From NCBI GenBank assembly GCA_045541115.1, contig JAZQIM010000003.1, forward strand, positions 14,663 to 78,662: a DNA stretch of 64,000 nt, read 5' to 3'. Below, piece by piece: positions 18,023 to 29,520 of this stretch. The notes beneath the pieces are model-generated. The model saw nothing but the letters and a program-made list of their open reading frames with translations. It was not told where the DNA came from and did not search any database. The DNA comes from Candidatus Aphodoplasma sp. GTDB lineage: Bacteria; Bacillota; Clostridia; UBA1381; UMGS1253. How positions within the stretch are numbered: position 1 is the first letter of the stretch; every line of letters begins with the position of its first letter. A program made the translations under genes and the position numbers.

Positions 18023-19984
18023 GTGAATAGTTTTAAAGTTGTGTCGGACTATAAGCCGCAAGGCGATCAGCCGAAAGCGATAGATGCGCTTGCACGCGGC
18101 ATACAAAATGAATATAAAGGGCAGACACTTCTTGGTGTAACAGGCTCGGGAAAGACGTTTACAATGGCAAATGTTATTGCTAAAGTCAATAAGCCTACGC
18201 TCGTGCTTGCACACAACAAAACACTAGCGGCACAGCTTTGCAGTGAGTTTAAAGAGTTTTTTCCGGAAAGCGCCGTTGAGTTTTTCGTGTCGTATTACGA
18301 TTACTATCAGCCCGAAGCATATATTCCTTATACAGACACGTATATAGAAAAAGATTCATCGGTAAACGATGAAATTGATAAGCTTCGCCATAGTGCTACG
18401 GCGGCGTTGTTTGAGCGAAAAGATGTAATTATCGTTTCGAGCGTATCATGCATATATGGACTCGGTGACCCGATAGATTATAACAATCTTGTTATTTCGC
18501 TTCGCACCGGAATGAAAAAGGACCGCGATGAAGTTATAAGAAGGCTCGTCGAGATACAATATGAGAGAAATGACATAGACTTTTCGAGAAATAAATTCCG
18601 CGTTAGAGGCGATGTCGTTGAGATTTTTGTGTCGAATCAAAATGAAAATGCACTTCGTATAGAATTTTTCGATGATGAAATCGAAAGAATTTCGGAAATA
18701 AACGTCGTAACCGGCGAAATTATAGGCATAAGAGAGCACTGTGTGATTTTTCCTGCATCTCACTATGTTACAACAAAAGAGAAGATGGAAAAGGCGATTG
18801 AGAGCATTGAAGAAGAGCTTGAAGAGCAGATAAAATACTTTAAAAGCCAAAACAAATTAGTCGAAGCGCAGCGCATTGAACAGCGCACACGATACGATAT
18901 CGAGATGATGCGTGAAGTTGGATTTTGCTCCGGTATAGAAAATTATTCAAGGCATATAAGCGGACGTGCGCCCGGCTCATCTCCATTTACACTTATGGAT
19001 TATTTTGACGATGATTTTCTTCTTATAATCGATGAATCCCACGTTACAATTCCGCAGGTAAGAGCAATGTATGCAGGAGACCGTTCGCGAAAAGAAGCCC
19101 TTGTCGAATACGGTTTTCGTTTGCCGTCGGCATTTGACAACAGACCGCTTTGTTTTGATGAATTTGAAGAGCGCATAAATCAGGTTGTGTTTGTATCGGC
19201 AACGCCTGCAATATATGAAAAAGAACATTCGGCGCAAATTGTAGAGCAGGTAATAAGACCTACAGGACTGCTTGACCCCGAAGTTGAGGTGCGTCCCGTA
19301 AAGCATCAGGTTGACGATTTGGTAAAAGAGATAAATCTTCGCACGCAAAAAGGCGAGAGAGTGCTTGTCACAACGCTTACAAAGCGCATGGCAGAAGATC
19401 TTACAGACTATCTTGAGGATTTAAATATTAAGGTGCGCTATATGCACTCTGATGTTCACACGATGGAGAGAATGCAGCTTATACGCGACCTTCGCGAAGG
19501 CGTATTTGATGTCTTAGTCGGAATAAATCTCTTAAGAGAAGGACTTGATTTGCCAGAGGTATCGCTTGTTGCAATACTTGATGCCGACAAAGAAGGCTTT
19601 TTGCGAAATGAAACGTCGCTTATACAGACAATAGGTCGTGCGGCGAGAAATGCGCAGGGGAAGGTTATTATGTATGCGCAGACTGTAACAGATTCGATGA
19701 GGCGTGCGATTGATGAAACGAATCGCAGAAGAAAAATACAAAAGGAATTTAACGAAGCAAATGGCATTGTACCAACAACTATAAAGAAGTCGATTCGTGA
19801 GGTTATTGAAGCGACGAGGTCGGTTGATACAAAACAAGATAGTAAGGCATATGAAAAAGACGATAATTTTGATGTCGAGCTTACTATTATTAAACTTACA
19901 GAGGAGATGAATGACGCTGCGCGAAGGCTTGATTTTGAACGGGCGGCGTATCTTCGTGATGAAATAAAAAGACTTAAAGGATAG
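18023..19984 (+). CDS. uvrB: Excinuclease ABC subunit B (UvrB)
   Basis: Motifs include [17 protein letters not shown], Walker A ([10 protein letters not shown]), helicase motifs and a C-terminal UVR domain ([17 protein letters not shown]). I prefer the GTG at 18023 (GGGTG 6 nt upstream); the track ORF begins at GTG 18014. Confidence 0.96.
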   Translation: MNSFKVVSDYKPQGDQPKAIDALARGIQNEYKGQTLLGVTGSGKTFTMANVIAKVNKPTLVLAHNKTLAAQLCSEFKEFFPESAVEFFVSYYDYYQPEAYIPYTDTYIEKDSSVNDEIDKLRHSATAALFERKDVIIVSSVSCIYGLGDPIDYNNLVISLRTGMKKDRDEVIRRLVEIQYERNDIDFSRNKFRVRGDVVEIFVSNQNENALRIEFFDDEIERISEINVVTGEIIGIREHCVIFPASHYVTTKEKMEKAIESIEEELEEQIKYFKSQNKLVEAQRIEQRTRYDIEMMREVGFCSGIENYSRHISGRAPGSSPFTLMDYFDDDFLLIIDESHVTIPQVRAMYAGDRSRKEALVEYGFRLPSAFDNRPLCFDEFEERINQVVFVSATPAIYEKEHSAQIVEQVIRPTGLLDPEVEVRPVKHQVDDLVKEINLRTQKGERVLVTTLTKRMAEDLTDYLEDLNIKVRYMHSDVHTMERMQLIRDLREGVFDVLVGINLLREGLDLPEVSLVAILDADKEGFLRNETSLIQTIGRAARNAQGKVIMYAQTVTDSMRRAIDETNRRRKIQKEFNEANGIVPTTIKKSIREVIEATRSVDTKQDSKAYEKDDNFDVELTIIKLTEEMNDAARRLDFERAAYLRDEIKRLKG

Positions 19985-19996
19985 ACGAAAGGGGTA

Positions 19997-20407
19997 GTGA
20001 TAGCTTTGTCACTTGATAATTTTTGCGATAAAAAAGATGAGGCGATAGATTTTCTTATAGAGAAAATAAATCCTGTATTTATATATTTTGCCGACCATAT
20101 GGTAAGTGAAAATATTTTTGACGTTGCATACTATTGTGACGAAACGATTGATGAGTACAGCATTTGCCTGTATGAAAATGAGCTTACAAAAATTCTCGGC
20201 TTGCCGGTTGAGCTCAACAATTTAAAGGAATGTGATACAGATTTTGCCGTCGAAATAATATCTGATGGAGAAACGGTATATTGCAAAAGTGAGCTTGAGA
20301 AGAACAGATATCTTGCGTGTTTATCGCACGAACTTGAATCGATAAGAGTTAACCGCGCGATGCTTATAAACAGAATACAGGAATGTGACAGCATATACGA
20401 ACAGTAA
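19997..20407 (+). CDS. Hypothetical acidic protein, possibly a degenerate minimal-nucleotidyltransferase (MNT-like) fold
   Basis: A 136-aa ORF fills the uvrB-uvrA gap (12 nt after the uvrB stop, 33 nt before the uvrA start). The pattern VFIYFADHMVSENIFDVAYY...LGLPVELNNL...IISDGETVY resembles the MNT layout FGS..(R)G....SDiDl..//..VDlv.l//..eG..lY, but it lacks the GS and the first Asp. The start is either GTG 19997 or TTG 20006. Confidence 0.5.
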   Translation: MIALSLDNFCDKKDEAIDFLIEKINPVFIYFADHMVSENIFDVAYYCDETIDEYSICLYENELTKILGLPVELNNLKECDTDFAVEIISDGETVYCKSELEKNRYLACLSHELESIRVNRAMLINRIQECDSIYEQ

Positions 20408-20440
20408 ATTAAAAACTATGAAAGGCAAACGGTAATTATA

Positions 20441-23278
20441 ATGGCAAAGGACAGTATTTTTATTAAAGGAGCAAGACAACACAATCTTAAAAATATTGAT
20501 GTTACAATTCCGCGTGACAAGCTTGTCGTGATTACAGGCTTAAGTGGTTCGGGAAAGTCGTCGCTCGCTTTTGATACGATTTATGCCGAAGGTCCGCGCC
20601 GATATGTCGAGTCATTATCGGCATATGCAAGGCAATTTCTCGGTCAAATGGACAAGCCTGATGTCGATTATATCGAAGGGTTGTCACCTGCAATAAGTAT
20701 TGACCAGAAAACGACGAGCAAAAACCCGCGCTCAACAGTTGGAACTGTTACGGAAATATATGATTATTTAAGGCTTTTGTATGCAAGAATCGGCATACCG
20801 CACTGTCATATATGTGGCAGACCTATTTCACGCCAGAGCATTGACCAGATTATCGATAAGCTTTTAACGCTTCCGCAAAAAAGCAAATTATATATATTAG
20901 CACCTGTTATAAGAGCGAGAAAAGGCGAGCATCAGAAGGTTTTTTCTGATGCGAAAAAATCCGGATATGTTCGTGTGAGAGTCGACGGCATTGTATATGA
21001 TTTGACAGAAGTGCCGCAGCTTGAAAAAAACAAAAAACACAGCATTGAAATCGTGATTGACAGAATGGTTATGCGCGATGATATAAGAAAACGACTCACT
21101 GACTCTGTTGAAACGGCGCTGAAAATTTCTGGCGGAATCGTGATTGTCGATGTTGTTGACAAAGAAGAGATGGTTTTCTCACAAAACTATGCCTGCGATG
21201 TGTGCGGAGTCTCGATGGAAGAACTTACACCGAGAATGTTTTCGTTCAACTCGCCATTTGGCGCGTGCGAAGAATGCAGCGGCCTTGGATTTTTAATGAA
21301 AATAGACCCTGAACTTATAGTGCGCGACGAAAACAAAAGTATAAATGAAGGGGCGCTTGCTGTAAGTGGCTGGAGAGCGCCTGATATAGAGGACAGCATG
21401 GCATCGGCATATTACAGAGGGCTTGCCGCACATTATAATTTTAGCCTTGATATGCCATATAAAAAATTGCCCGAAAGAATCAAGGACATACTTCTGTATG
21501 GAACGAAGGGCGAAAAATTTAAAATTGAAATCAACAGAAAACAAGGACAGAGCGTATATATAACCGATTTTGAAGGACTTGTAAACAACCTTCAAAGACG
21601 CTATAACGAAACGACGTCTGAATGGATGCGCGCGGAGCTTGAAGGCTATATGAGTGATTGTGACTGCCCGTCATGTAAGGGACTTCGTTTAAAGCCACAG
21701 GTGCTTGCGGTAACTGTTGGCGATAAAAATATAAATGATGCGACCAATTTATCTGTCACAAAAGCCATAGAATTTTTCTCATCGCTTGATATAAGCGAAA
21801 GAGATTATAAAATAGCCGAGCAAATATTAAAAGAAATACTTGAAAGGCTTCAGTTTTTACAAAATGTAGGCCTCGGATATCTGACGCTGTCACGCTCGGC
21901 GGGAACGCTTTCGGGCGGCGAAGCGCAAAGAATCCGTCTTGCGACACAAATTGGCTCAAGTCTTATGGGAGTGTTGTATATACTTGATGAGCCGAGTATC
22001 GGACTGCATCAAAGGGACAATGAAAAGCTTATTGCAACACTTAAAAAACTTCGTGACCTTGGCAATACGCTTATAGTAGTTGAGCATGACGAAGATACGA
22101 TGTATGCCGCCGACCATATTATAGATATAGGGCCGGGAGCGGGCGTACACGGCGGATATTTAGTTGCTCAGGGTAGTGCAGAGGAAATTAAGAAATTTGA
22201 AGGCTCACACACGGCTGATTACTTGAGCGGAAGAAAGTTTATTCCCGTTCCAAAGACAAGAAGAGTCTGTGAGAAAAAGTATCTTACAATAAAAGGCGCA
22301 CAGCAAAATAATCTTAAAAACATTGATGTGAAAATTCCGCTTGGAGTGTTTACATGCGTTACGGGCGTATCTGGCTCAGGAAAATCTTCGCTTGTAAACG
22401 AAATAATATACAAATATCTTGCCCATGAACTAAACCACGCGCGCACAAAGCATGGAAAGGTCAAGAAAATTACGGGCATAGAAAATCTTGATAAGGTAAT
22501 AAATATTGACCAGTCGCCGATAGGGCGTACACCGCGCTCAAATCCTGCGACATATACAGGCTTGTTTTCTGATATTCGCGAGCTTTTTGCAAGCACAATT
22601 GAAGCAAAAATGCGCGGATATAATGCAGGAAGATTTAGCTTTAACGTCAAGGGTGGTCGATGCGAGGCATGTTGTGGCGACGGTATTATTCAGATCGAAA
22701 TGCATTTTCTGCCTGACGTATATGTTCCTTGCGAAGTATGTAAAGGAAAGCGTTATTCACACGAAACGTTAGAAGTAAAGTATAAGGGCAAAAATATAAG
22801 CGAAGTGCTTGATATGACAGTCGAAGAAGCGCTCGAATTTTTTGAAAATATACCGAAGCTTAAGCGCAAAATACAGACGCTTTATGATGTCGGACTAGGA
22901 TATGTAAAGCTTGGCCAACCGTCGACAACGCTTTCGGGCGGTGAAGCGCAGAGAGTAAAGCTTGCAACGGAGCTTAGCAAGAGAAGTACAGGCAAAACGA
23001 TTTATATACTCGACGAGCCTACGACGGGACTTCATGTTGCCGATGTGCATAAGCTTTTAGATGTTTTGCAAAGGCTCGTTGATGGCGGCAACAGCGTTTT
23101 AGTTATCGAGCATAATCTTGATGTTATCAAAACAGCTGATTATGTAATTGATTTAGGACCTGACGGCGGAGATGTTGGTGGCGAGATAGTATGTGTCGGC
23201 ACGCCTGAAGAAGTAGCGAAATGTAAAGAGTCATATACGGGAATGTATCTGAAAAAAATGCTGAAAAAGCAAAATTAA
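20441..23278 (+). CDS. uvrA: Excinuclease ABC subunit A (UvrA)
   Basis: 945 aa with two ABC ATPase modules ([19 protein letters not shown] and [11 protein letters not shown]), LSGGE signatures and zinc-finger Cys clusters. Confidence 0.97.
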   Translation: MAKDSIFIKGARQHNLKNIDVTIPRDKLVVITGLSGSGKSSLAFDTIYAEGPRRYVESLSAYARQFLGQMDKPDVDYIEGLSPAISIDQKTTSKNPRSTVGTVTEIYDYLRLLYARIGIPHCHICGRPISRQSIDQIIDKLLTLPQKSKLYILAPVIRARKGEHQKVFSDAKKSGYVRVRVDGIVYDLTEVPQLEKNKKHSIEIVIDRMVMRDDIRKRLTDSVETALKISGGIVIVDVVDKEEMVFSQNYACDVCGVSMEELTPRMFSFNSPFGACEECSGLGFLMKIDPELIVRDENKSINEGALAVSGWRAPDIEDSMASAYYRGLAAHYNFSLDMPYKKLPERIKDILLYGTKGEKFKIEINRKQGQSVYITDFEGLVNNLQRRYNETTSEWMRAELEGYMSDCDCPSCKGLRLKPQVLAVTVGDKNINDATNLSVTKAIEFFSSLDISERDYKIAEQILKEILERLQFLQNVGLGYLTLSRSAGTLSGGEAQRIRLATQIGSSLMGVLYILDEPSIGLHQRDNEKLIATLKKLRDLGNTLIVVEHDEDTMYAADHIIDIGPGAGVHGGYLVAQGSAEEIKKFEGSHTADYLSGRKFIPVPKTRRVCEKKYLTIKGAQQNNLKNIDVKIPLGVFTCVTGVSGSGKSSLVNEIIYKYLAHELNHARTKHGKVKKITGIENLDKVINIDQSPIGRTPRSNPATYTGLFSDIRELFASTIEAKMRGYNAGRFSFNVKGGRCEACCGDGIIQIEMHFLPDVYVPCEVCKGKRYSHETLEVKYKGKNISEVLDMTVEEALEFFENIPKLKRKIQTLYDVGLGYVKLGQPSTTLSGGEAQRVKLATELSKRSTGKTIYILDEPTTGLHVADVHKLLDVLQRLVDGGNSVLVIEHNLDVIKTADYVIDLGPDGGDVGGEIVCVGTPEEVAKCKESYTGMYLKKMLKKQN

Positions 23279-23300
23279 GAGCAAAAAATATAAAATAAAA

Positions 23301-23344
23301 AGTAAAATCGCATAATTTTAGAAGGAATTTTATGCGATTTTACT
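23301..23344 (+). terminator. Hairpin terminator downstream of uvrA
   Basis: A perfect 15-bp stem, agtaaaatcgcataa (23301-23315) with ttatgcgattttact (23330-23344). The trailing U-tract is weak (ttt within the stem end). Confidence 0.55.
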
Positions 23345-23431
23345 TTACATAGTGGCGCAAAAGTTGTAAAATAAATATATTATGCAGTGAACTTTAGAGT
23401 AATATACATAATTTTGGGGAGGAAATTACAA

Positions 23432-26400
23432 ATGAGTAAAGCAGTACGCCGAATTTTTGTTGAAAAAAAGAAGGAGTTTGCAGTTGAGGCACACGGAATG
23501 CTTTCCGATTTAAAGCAAAATCTGTCACTTGATAATCTGCAATCTGTCCGCATTATAAACAGATATGATGTAACGGGGATAAGTGACGAAGAATACATCA
23601 AGGCACGTGACCTGATTTTTTCAGAGCCACCTGTTGATAATTGCTTCGATGAAGTGCTTGAGCTTGACAAGGACTTAAGGGTATTTGCTATAGAATATTT
23701 GCCCGGACAGTATGACCAGCGTGCCGATTCTACGGAGGAATGTATATCAATTCTTACGCAAAAAGCTCGTCCGACTGTAAAGACGGCAAAGATAATCGTT
23801 CTTGACGGCGATATAAGCGATGCTGATTTTGAGCGTATAAAGCACTATGTTATAAATCCGGTAGAAATGAGAGAAGCATCATTAGATAAGCCGCAAACAC
23901 TCGAGATGGAAGTAACAGTACCGGACGATGTGGCTGTGATTTCGGGCTTTGTATCTATGCAAGACGATGCGCTTGAAAAGATGGTAGGAGAAATGGGCTT
24001 TGCTATGGACAAAGACGATTTACAGTTCTGCCGCGACTATTTCAAAAACGAAGAAAGACGCGATCCCACAGTTACAGAGCTTCGTATGATCGATACTTAC
24101 TGGTCTGACCACTGCAGACATACAACATTTGGCACAAAAATAAATAGCGTAAAAATCCCCGACGGAAAATACAGTGCTCCTCTTAAGCAGGCATATAGCG
24201 ATTATATGGATGCTAAAAACGAGCTTTATCCTGATGGCCGTGACACAACGCTCATGGATATTGCACTGATGGCAATGAAAAAGCTTCGTCACGACGGCGT
24301 GCTTACAAAGCTTGACGAATCAGAGGAGATAAATGCATGCAGCATCAATGTTACTGTTGATGTTGATGGCAAAGACGAAGAGTGGCTCGTTATGTTTAAA
24401 AACGAAACACACAACCATCCGACAGAGATTGAGCCGTTTGGTGGTGCTGCGACATGCCTTGGCGGCGCAATTCGCGATCCGCTTTCGGGACGTTCATATG
24501 TATATCAGGCGATGCGTATTACAGGCGCAGGCGATCCGAGAAAAACAATGGAGCAGACACTTGAAGGAAAGCTTATGCAAAAGAAAATCGTGCGTACAGC
24601 TGCAGCAGGTTATAGCTCATACGGAAATCAGATCGGTCTTGCGACAGGTCAGGTTTGCGAGATATATCACGAAGGCTATATCGCAAAGCATATGGAACTT
24701 GGTGCGGTAATAGCTGCAGCGCCAAAGGAAAATGTTGTGCGTGAAAGACCGCGCTCAGGCGACGTTATAATACTTTTAGGTGGAAAAACAGGCCGTGACG
24801 GCTGTGGCGGTGCGACAGGTTCGTCAAAGGCACATACTGCGCAGTCACTTGAGACATGTGGCGCGGAAGTTCAAAAAGGTAATCCGCCGGTTGAACGTAA
24901 AATTCAGCGTTTGTTCAGAAACGGCGATGTTACACGCCTTATTAAGCGTTGTAACGACTTTGGTGCAGGCGGTGTGTCGGTTGCAATCGGTGAGCTTGCT
25001 GACGGACTTGACATCGATCTTGACAAAGTGCCGAAGAAATATGAGGGTCTTGACGGAACAGAACTTGCAATATCTGAATCACAGGAAAGAATGGCTGTTG
25101 TCGTAGACAAAAACGACGCAGACAAATTTATAGAGTATGCAAAGAGCGAAAATCTTGATGCACTAATCGTCGCTGTAGTTACAGATAAAAACAGACTCAC
25201 GATGAAATGGCGCGGAAAAATTATATGCGATATTTCGCGTGATTTCCTTAACACAAACGGTGCATCAAAGATAACTGAAGTTGAAGTTATACTTCCTGAT
25301 GAAAATGAAAATCCGTTTGAGAAAAAAGATGTTTTAGATGTGAAAAAAGAGTGGCTTAATACTCTTTCATCGCTAAATGTATGCTCACAAAAAGGATTAG
25401 TTGAGCGCTTTGACTCTACAATTGGAGCAGGCAGCGTTTTGATGCCGTATGGCGGCAAGTATCAGCTTTCGCCGTCACTTGGCATGGTAGCAAAGATTCC
25501 TGTATTAAACGGTAAAACTGATACCGCTACAGCGATGACATACGGATATGACCCATATCTTTCATCGTGGTCACCGTTTTACGGAAGTATTTATGCAATA
25601 ATTGAGTCTATGTCAAAAGCAGTTGCTCTTGGCGTACATCATAAAGACATATACCTTACTTTGCAGGAGTATTTTGAAAAGCTTGGAAATGAGCCTGCGC
25701 GTTGGGGTAAGCCGTTTAGTGCACTTCTTGGTGCATTCGTCGCACAGACAAAGCTTAAGGTAGCAGCGATAGGCGGTAAGGACTCTATGAGCGGTAGTTT
25801 TATTGATTTAGACGTTCCACCGACACTCGTTTCATTTGCAGTAAACACACTGAAAGCAAGTAAAGCGGTTTCATCAGAATTTAAAAAGGCAAACAGCAGT
25901 GTTGTAATCGTTAAGGTTAAAAAAGATGAAGAGCTTATGCCTGATTTTGATGTGCTTTGCAAAAACTATGCGCAAATTTATAACCTTATACAAAAAGACG
26001 TTGTGCTATCAAGCGGTGTTGTTTGCGGCGGCGGACTTTGCGAAGCAATAAGCAAGATGTGCTTTGGTAACAAGCTTGGTTTTGAGTTCGATAAGTCAGT
26101 AAGCGCAAAAGATGTATTTGCAAAGGAATATGGTGCAATTGTGCTTGAAGTAGCAGATTTATCATGTCTTGGCAATCTTGATTATGAATTAGTAGGTACG
26201 ACAAAGAAGGATGCTACTATATCGGTATGCGGTGCCGTAATCAGCATTGATGAGGCAATTTCATGCTGGGAAAAACCGCTTGAAGAAGTTTATCCGACAA
26301 AGGCGCAAAGTGCAAAGAAATGCGAAACATACTCATTTGAGCGCAAAAATATAATCACATCAAATGAAAAATTTGCACGTCCGAGAGTATTTATACCGGT

Positions 26401-27175
26401 ATTCCCGGGAACGAACTGTGAATACGATACAAAGCGTGCATTTGAAGCTGCAGGCGCACAAGTCGAGGTATTACCGTTTATAAACCTTACACCTTCAGAT
26501 ACAGTACAGACGCTCGATAAAATGGCAAAGCTTATCGATGAGTCGCAAATTGTTATGATACCCGGCGGATTTTCGGGTGGCGACGAGCCTGACGGAAGCG
26601 GTAAGTATATAGCGACTGCATTTCGTAATCCGAAAGTAAGCGAGGCAGTATCAAGACTTCTTGAAAACCGTGACGGACTTATGCTCGGTATATGTAACGG
26701 CTTCCAGGCGCTCATTAAGCTCGGTCTTGTTACACACGGCAGAATCGTTGATTTAAAAGAAGATGCGCCTACACTTACATTTAATAATATTGGCAGACAC
26801 GTATCTACTATCGTTACGACACGTATAGCAACGAACCGTTCGCCATGGCTCTACGGAACACAGGTAGGCGATATGCACTCTATAGCAGTATCGCACGGTG
26901 AAGGAAGATTCTATGCAAACGATACGTGGCTTAAAAAGCTTGTAGAAAACGGTCAGATTGCGACACAGTATGTAGACTTTAGTGGCGAGGCGAGCGCAGA
27001 TATTCCGTACAACCCGAATGGGTCTGTAGCGGCAATTGAAGGTATTATAAGCCCGGATGGAAGAATACTTGGTAAGATGGGACACAGCGAGCGTTGTGGA
27101 GAAAATATCTTCAAAAATATTGGCGGAAACAAGGACCAGAAATTGTTTGAGTCGGGCGTTAAGTACTTTAAGTAA
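23432..27175 (+). CDS. purL: Phosphoribosylformylglycinamidine synthase, large single-chain type (PurL with fused glutaminase)
   Basis: The protein is about 1247 aa from ATG 23432 (GGGGAGG RBS); the track ORF starts 45 nt earlier. It has a conserved FGAM synthase core and a C-terminal class-I amidotransferase domain with LGICNGFQAL and HGEGRF. Confidence 0.95.
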   Translation: MSKAVRRIFVEKKKEFAVEAHGMLSDLKQNLSLDNLQSVRIINRYDVTGISDEEYIKARDLIFSEPPVDNCFDEVLELDKDLRVFAIEYLPGQYDQRADSTEECISILTQKARPTVKTAKIIVLDGDISDADFERIKHYVINPVEMREASLDKPQTLEMEVTVPDDVAVISGFVSMQDDALEKMVGEMGFAMDKDDLQFCRDYFKNEERRDPTVTELRMIDTYWSDHCRHTTFGTKINSVKIPDGKYSAPLKQAYSDYMDAKNELYPDGRDTTLMDIALMAMKKLRHDGVLTKLDESEEINACSINVTVDVDGKDEEWLVMFKNETHNHPTEIEPFGGAATCLGGAIRDPLSGRSYVYQAMRITGAGDPRKTMEQTLEGKLMQKKIVRTAAAGYSSYGNQIGLATGQVCEIYHEGYIAKHMELGAVIAAAPKENVVRERPRSGDVIILLGGKTGRDGCGGATGSSKAHTAQSLETCGAEVQKGNPPVERKIQRLFRNGDVTRLIKRCNDFGAGGVSVAIGELADGLDIDLDKVPKKYEGLDGTELAISESQERMAVVVDKNDADKFIEYAKSENLDALIVAVVTDKNRLTMKWRGKIICDISRDFLNTNGASKITEVEVILPDENENPFEKKDVLDVKKEWLNTLSSLNVCSQKGLVERFDSTIGAGSVLMPYGGKYQLSPSLGMVAKIPVLNGKTDTATAMTYGYDPYLSSWSPFYGSIYAIIESMSKAVALGVHHKDIYLTLQEYFEKLGNEPARWGKPFSALLGAFVAQTKLKVAAIGGKDSMSGSFIDLDVPPTLVSFAVNTLKASKAVSSEFKKANSSVVIVKVKKDEELMPDFDVLCKNYAQIYNLIQKDVVLSSGVVCGGGLCEAISKMCFGNKLGFEFDKSVSAKDVFAKEYGAIVLEVADLSCLGNLDYELVGTTKKDATISVCGAVISIDEAISCWEKPLEEVYPTKAQSAKKCETYSFERKNIITSNEKFARPRVFIPVFPGTNCEYDTKRAFEAAGAQVEVLPFINLTPSDTVQTLDKMAKLIDESQIVMIPGGFSGGDEPDGSGKYIATAFRNPKVSEAVSRLLENRDGLMLGICNGFQALIKLGLVTHGRIVDLKEDAPTLTFNNIGRHVSTIVTTRIATNRSPWLYGTQVGDMHSIAVSHGEGRFYANDTWLKKLVENGQIATQYVDFSGEASADIPYNPNGSVAAIEGIISPDGRILGKMGHSERCGENIFKNIGGNKDQKLFESGVKYFK

Positions 27176-27215
27176 TAAATTCGTATAGAAAGGCGAAAGG
27201 ACAAGGTATATAAAG

Positions 27216-28043
27216 ATGGGACTATTTAATATCGGACAAAATAAACCGAAAAAAGACATTGAGAAGGAAGACCTTCAAAAACATCGATTTATAATCTTTT
27301 TTGATGTATTTTTCAGAAAATTTTCGAAGTTTATCACACTCAATGTAATTTACCTATTATTTTCACTTCCATATTTATTGTTGCTTTACGTTTTTTCGCC
27401 ATTAAATACTTCAACTGTCTTTGGCGAGCTCGTTATGAGTTTTTCAAATGAAGTATCAAGAAGCTGGGATATATTACTTCGATTATTTTTCGTATTCTGT
27501 GTAGTGATTTTCTGGGGTACGGGACCTGCATCGGCGGGTAATTCATACGTTATGAGAAACTATGCCAGAGAAGAGCATGCATGGATATTTAGTGATTTTT
27601 GGGATAGTTATAAGGCGAATTTTGCGAGGAGTATGGCGGTCGTTTTTGTCGACATGTTAGCGATTTATGTAAGCGTTGTCGCATTTCGCTTTTATTCGAT
27701 GCAGTATGCAATATCGCAAAATCAATTTTTCCTGATTTTTCAGGGGATTTTATCATTTTTCCTTATAGTATACACTTTTATGCACTATTATATATACCAG
27801 ATTATGATAGGATACGAAGGAGATTTAATTGATTTATATAAAAATTCGATGCTCTTTTGTATAGTCAGATTTCCGCAAAATATTATTTTTACAATAATTG
27901 TGCTTGCGATAATTATAGGACTTCACTTGTTATTAAATGTATATTCGCTTATTTTGTTTGCATTTATATTTACTGCTTTGTGTAAATTTATAATAGAATT
28001 TTACACGTCGGACGTCATACGAAAGATGTCTAACAATAAATAA
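27216..28043 (+). CDS. Membrane protein, DUF624 / YesL family
   Basis: 275 aa with multiple TM helices. The N-terminal pattern (FFDVFFRKFSKFITLNVIYLLFSLPYLL) is as I remember for the YesL family. Confidence 0.65.
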   Translation: MGLFNIGQNKPKKDIEKEDLQKHRFIIFFDVFFRKFSKFITLNVIYLLFSLPYLLLLYVFSPLNTSTVFGELVMSFSNEVSRSWDILLRLFFVFCVVIFWGTGPASAGNSYVMRNYAREEHAWIFSDFWDSYKANFARSMAVVFVDMLAIYVSVVAFRFYSMQYAISQNQFFLIFQGILSFFLIVYTFMHYYIYQIMIGYEGDLIDLYKNSMLFCIVRFPQNIIFTIIVLAIIIGLHLLLNVYSLILFAFIFTALCKFIIEFYTSDVIRKMSNNK

Positions 28044-28081
28044 TTTTGGCAACATGGATTTTAATTTAACGGAGAAAATAT

Positions 28082-29494
28082 ATGAGCCGAGATAATGTGA
28101 GAATTCCTGATGAGAAAATGCTTGAGCAAAAGGAATTTATAAAAAAAATTCGACAAATAAATATTAAGAAAAACTCAAAACAAAAGGCACTTGTCGTTAC
28201 ATACGGCTGCCAGCAAAATGAAAACGACTCGGAGCGTATACGTGGCATGCTTATGGAAGCAGGGTTTGATTTTTGCGATGAGCCAAAAGATGCCGATGTA
28301 ATAATTTATAACACGTGCGCTGTGCGTGAGCATGCAGAGCTTAAGGTGTATGGCAATCTTGGTGCGCTAAAGGTTCTTAAGAGAAAAAAACCGGAGCTTA
28401 TCATCGGCGTATGCGGATGTATGATGCAGCAAGAGCATGTTATAAAGAAGATTAAATCAAAATATACACACGTTGACATTGTGTTTGGCACGCATACTCT
28501 CTACACTCTGCCGCAGCTTATCTATAACGTCATAGATAACCGACAAAGAATGTTTAACATAATAGATTGTGACGGCTATATTGCCGAGGAAATACCGATA
28601 AAACGTGAAGGCAGCGTGACGGCGTATATATCAATTATGTATGGGTGCAATAATTTTTGTTCGTATTGCATTGTGCCGTATGTGCGTGGACGTGAGCGAA
28701 GCCGCCTGGCAGATGATATTTTGCGCGAAGCAAAAGAAGTTGCATCTAAAGGCTACAAAGAGATAATGCTTCTAGGACAAAATGTTAACTCGTATGGCAA
28801 AGACCTTGAAGAAAAAATTGATTTTTCAGATTTGCTTGAAATGATATGTCAGGTAGATGGAATTGAACGCATACGATTTATGACGTCGCATCCAAAGGAT
28901 TTTAACGAAAAGCTTATCGATACGATTGCATCAAATAAAAAAATATGCAACCAGCTCCACCTTCCTGTACAGGCAGGAAGCGATGATGTGCTTGATAAAA
29001 TGAATCGTAAATATACGAGCGAGCAGTATATAAAAAAAGTGCTCGCTCTGCGAAAAAGGATACCTGATATTACGCTTACAACAGACATCATAGTAGGTTT
29101 TCCGACGGAAACTAATGAAGATTTTGAAAAGACGATAGAGCTTTTAAAGCAGGTTCGCTTTGATTCGATATACTCGTTTATATATTCAAAACGCTCGGGC
29201 ACACCTGCAGCAAAGCTTGACATGGTGCTTGATGAAAAGCAAATTCATAAAAACTTTGATAAGCTTTTAGAAGTTCAAAACGAAATATCAAGGCAGATTA
29301 ACGATTCTTATATAGGACGTGTATGCGATGTCCTTATTGAAGGAAGATCGAAAACCGACGAAACTATGATATCGGGACGCACAGAAGGCGGAAAGATTGT
29401 GCACATAAAAGCAGATGGTGACTTCGACGGGAAAATTGTTTATGCAAAAATTATAGCCGCAAAAACATGGTTTTTGACAGGCGAGTTAATATAA
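28082..29494 (+). CDS. miaB: tRNA-2-methylthio-N6-dimethylallyladenosine synthase (MiaB)
   Basis: The MTTase N-domain (VTYGCQQNENDSE), a radical-SAM CNNFCSYC motif and a TRAM C-terminal domain are present. It is syntenic with ymcA-mutS-mutL, as in Bacillus. Confidence 0.93.
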   Translation: MSRDNVRIPDEKMLEQKEFIKKIRQINIKKNSKQKALVVTYGCQQNENDSERIRGMLMEAGFDFCDEPKDADVIIYNTCAVREHAELKVYGNLGALKVLKRKKPELIIGVCGCMMQQEHVIKKIKSKYTHVDIVFGTHTLYTLPQLIYNVIDNRQRMFNIIDCDGYIAEEIPIKREGSVTAYISIMYGCNNFCSYCIVPYVRGRERSRLADDILREAKEVASKGYKEIMLLGQNVNSYGKDLEEKIDFSDLLEMICQVDGIERIRFMTSHPKDFNEKLIDTIASNKKICNQLHLPVQAGSDDVLDKMNRKYTSEQYIKKVLALRKRIPDITLTTDIIVGFPTETNEDFEKTIELLKQVRFDSIYSFIYSKRSGTPAAKLDMVLDEKQIHKNFDKLLEVQNEISRQINDSYIGRVCDVLIEGRSKTDETMISGRTEGGKIVHIKADGDFDGKIVYAKIIAAKTWFLTGELI

Positions 29495-29520
29495 AATAAA
29501 ATTTTTTGGAGGAAGATAAA

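Noticed and set aside
24904-25458. 184-aa antisense ORF inside purL. Similar cases are 40089-40601 inside dnaK, 45860-46348 inside the SNF transporter, 35415-35972 across miaA/cimA and 31659-32069 inside mutS.
   Set aside because: All are antisense to strongly conserved genes, lack Shine-Dalgarno sequences and contain no recognisable motifs. I regard them as frame shadows of the real genes.
23432-27175. Single-chain large PurL, isolated from other pur genes, considered as a horizontal acquisition
   Set aside because: From memory, large-type PurL is common in Clostridia. Codon usage and composition look like the flanking genes, and nothing mobile is adjacent.
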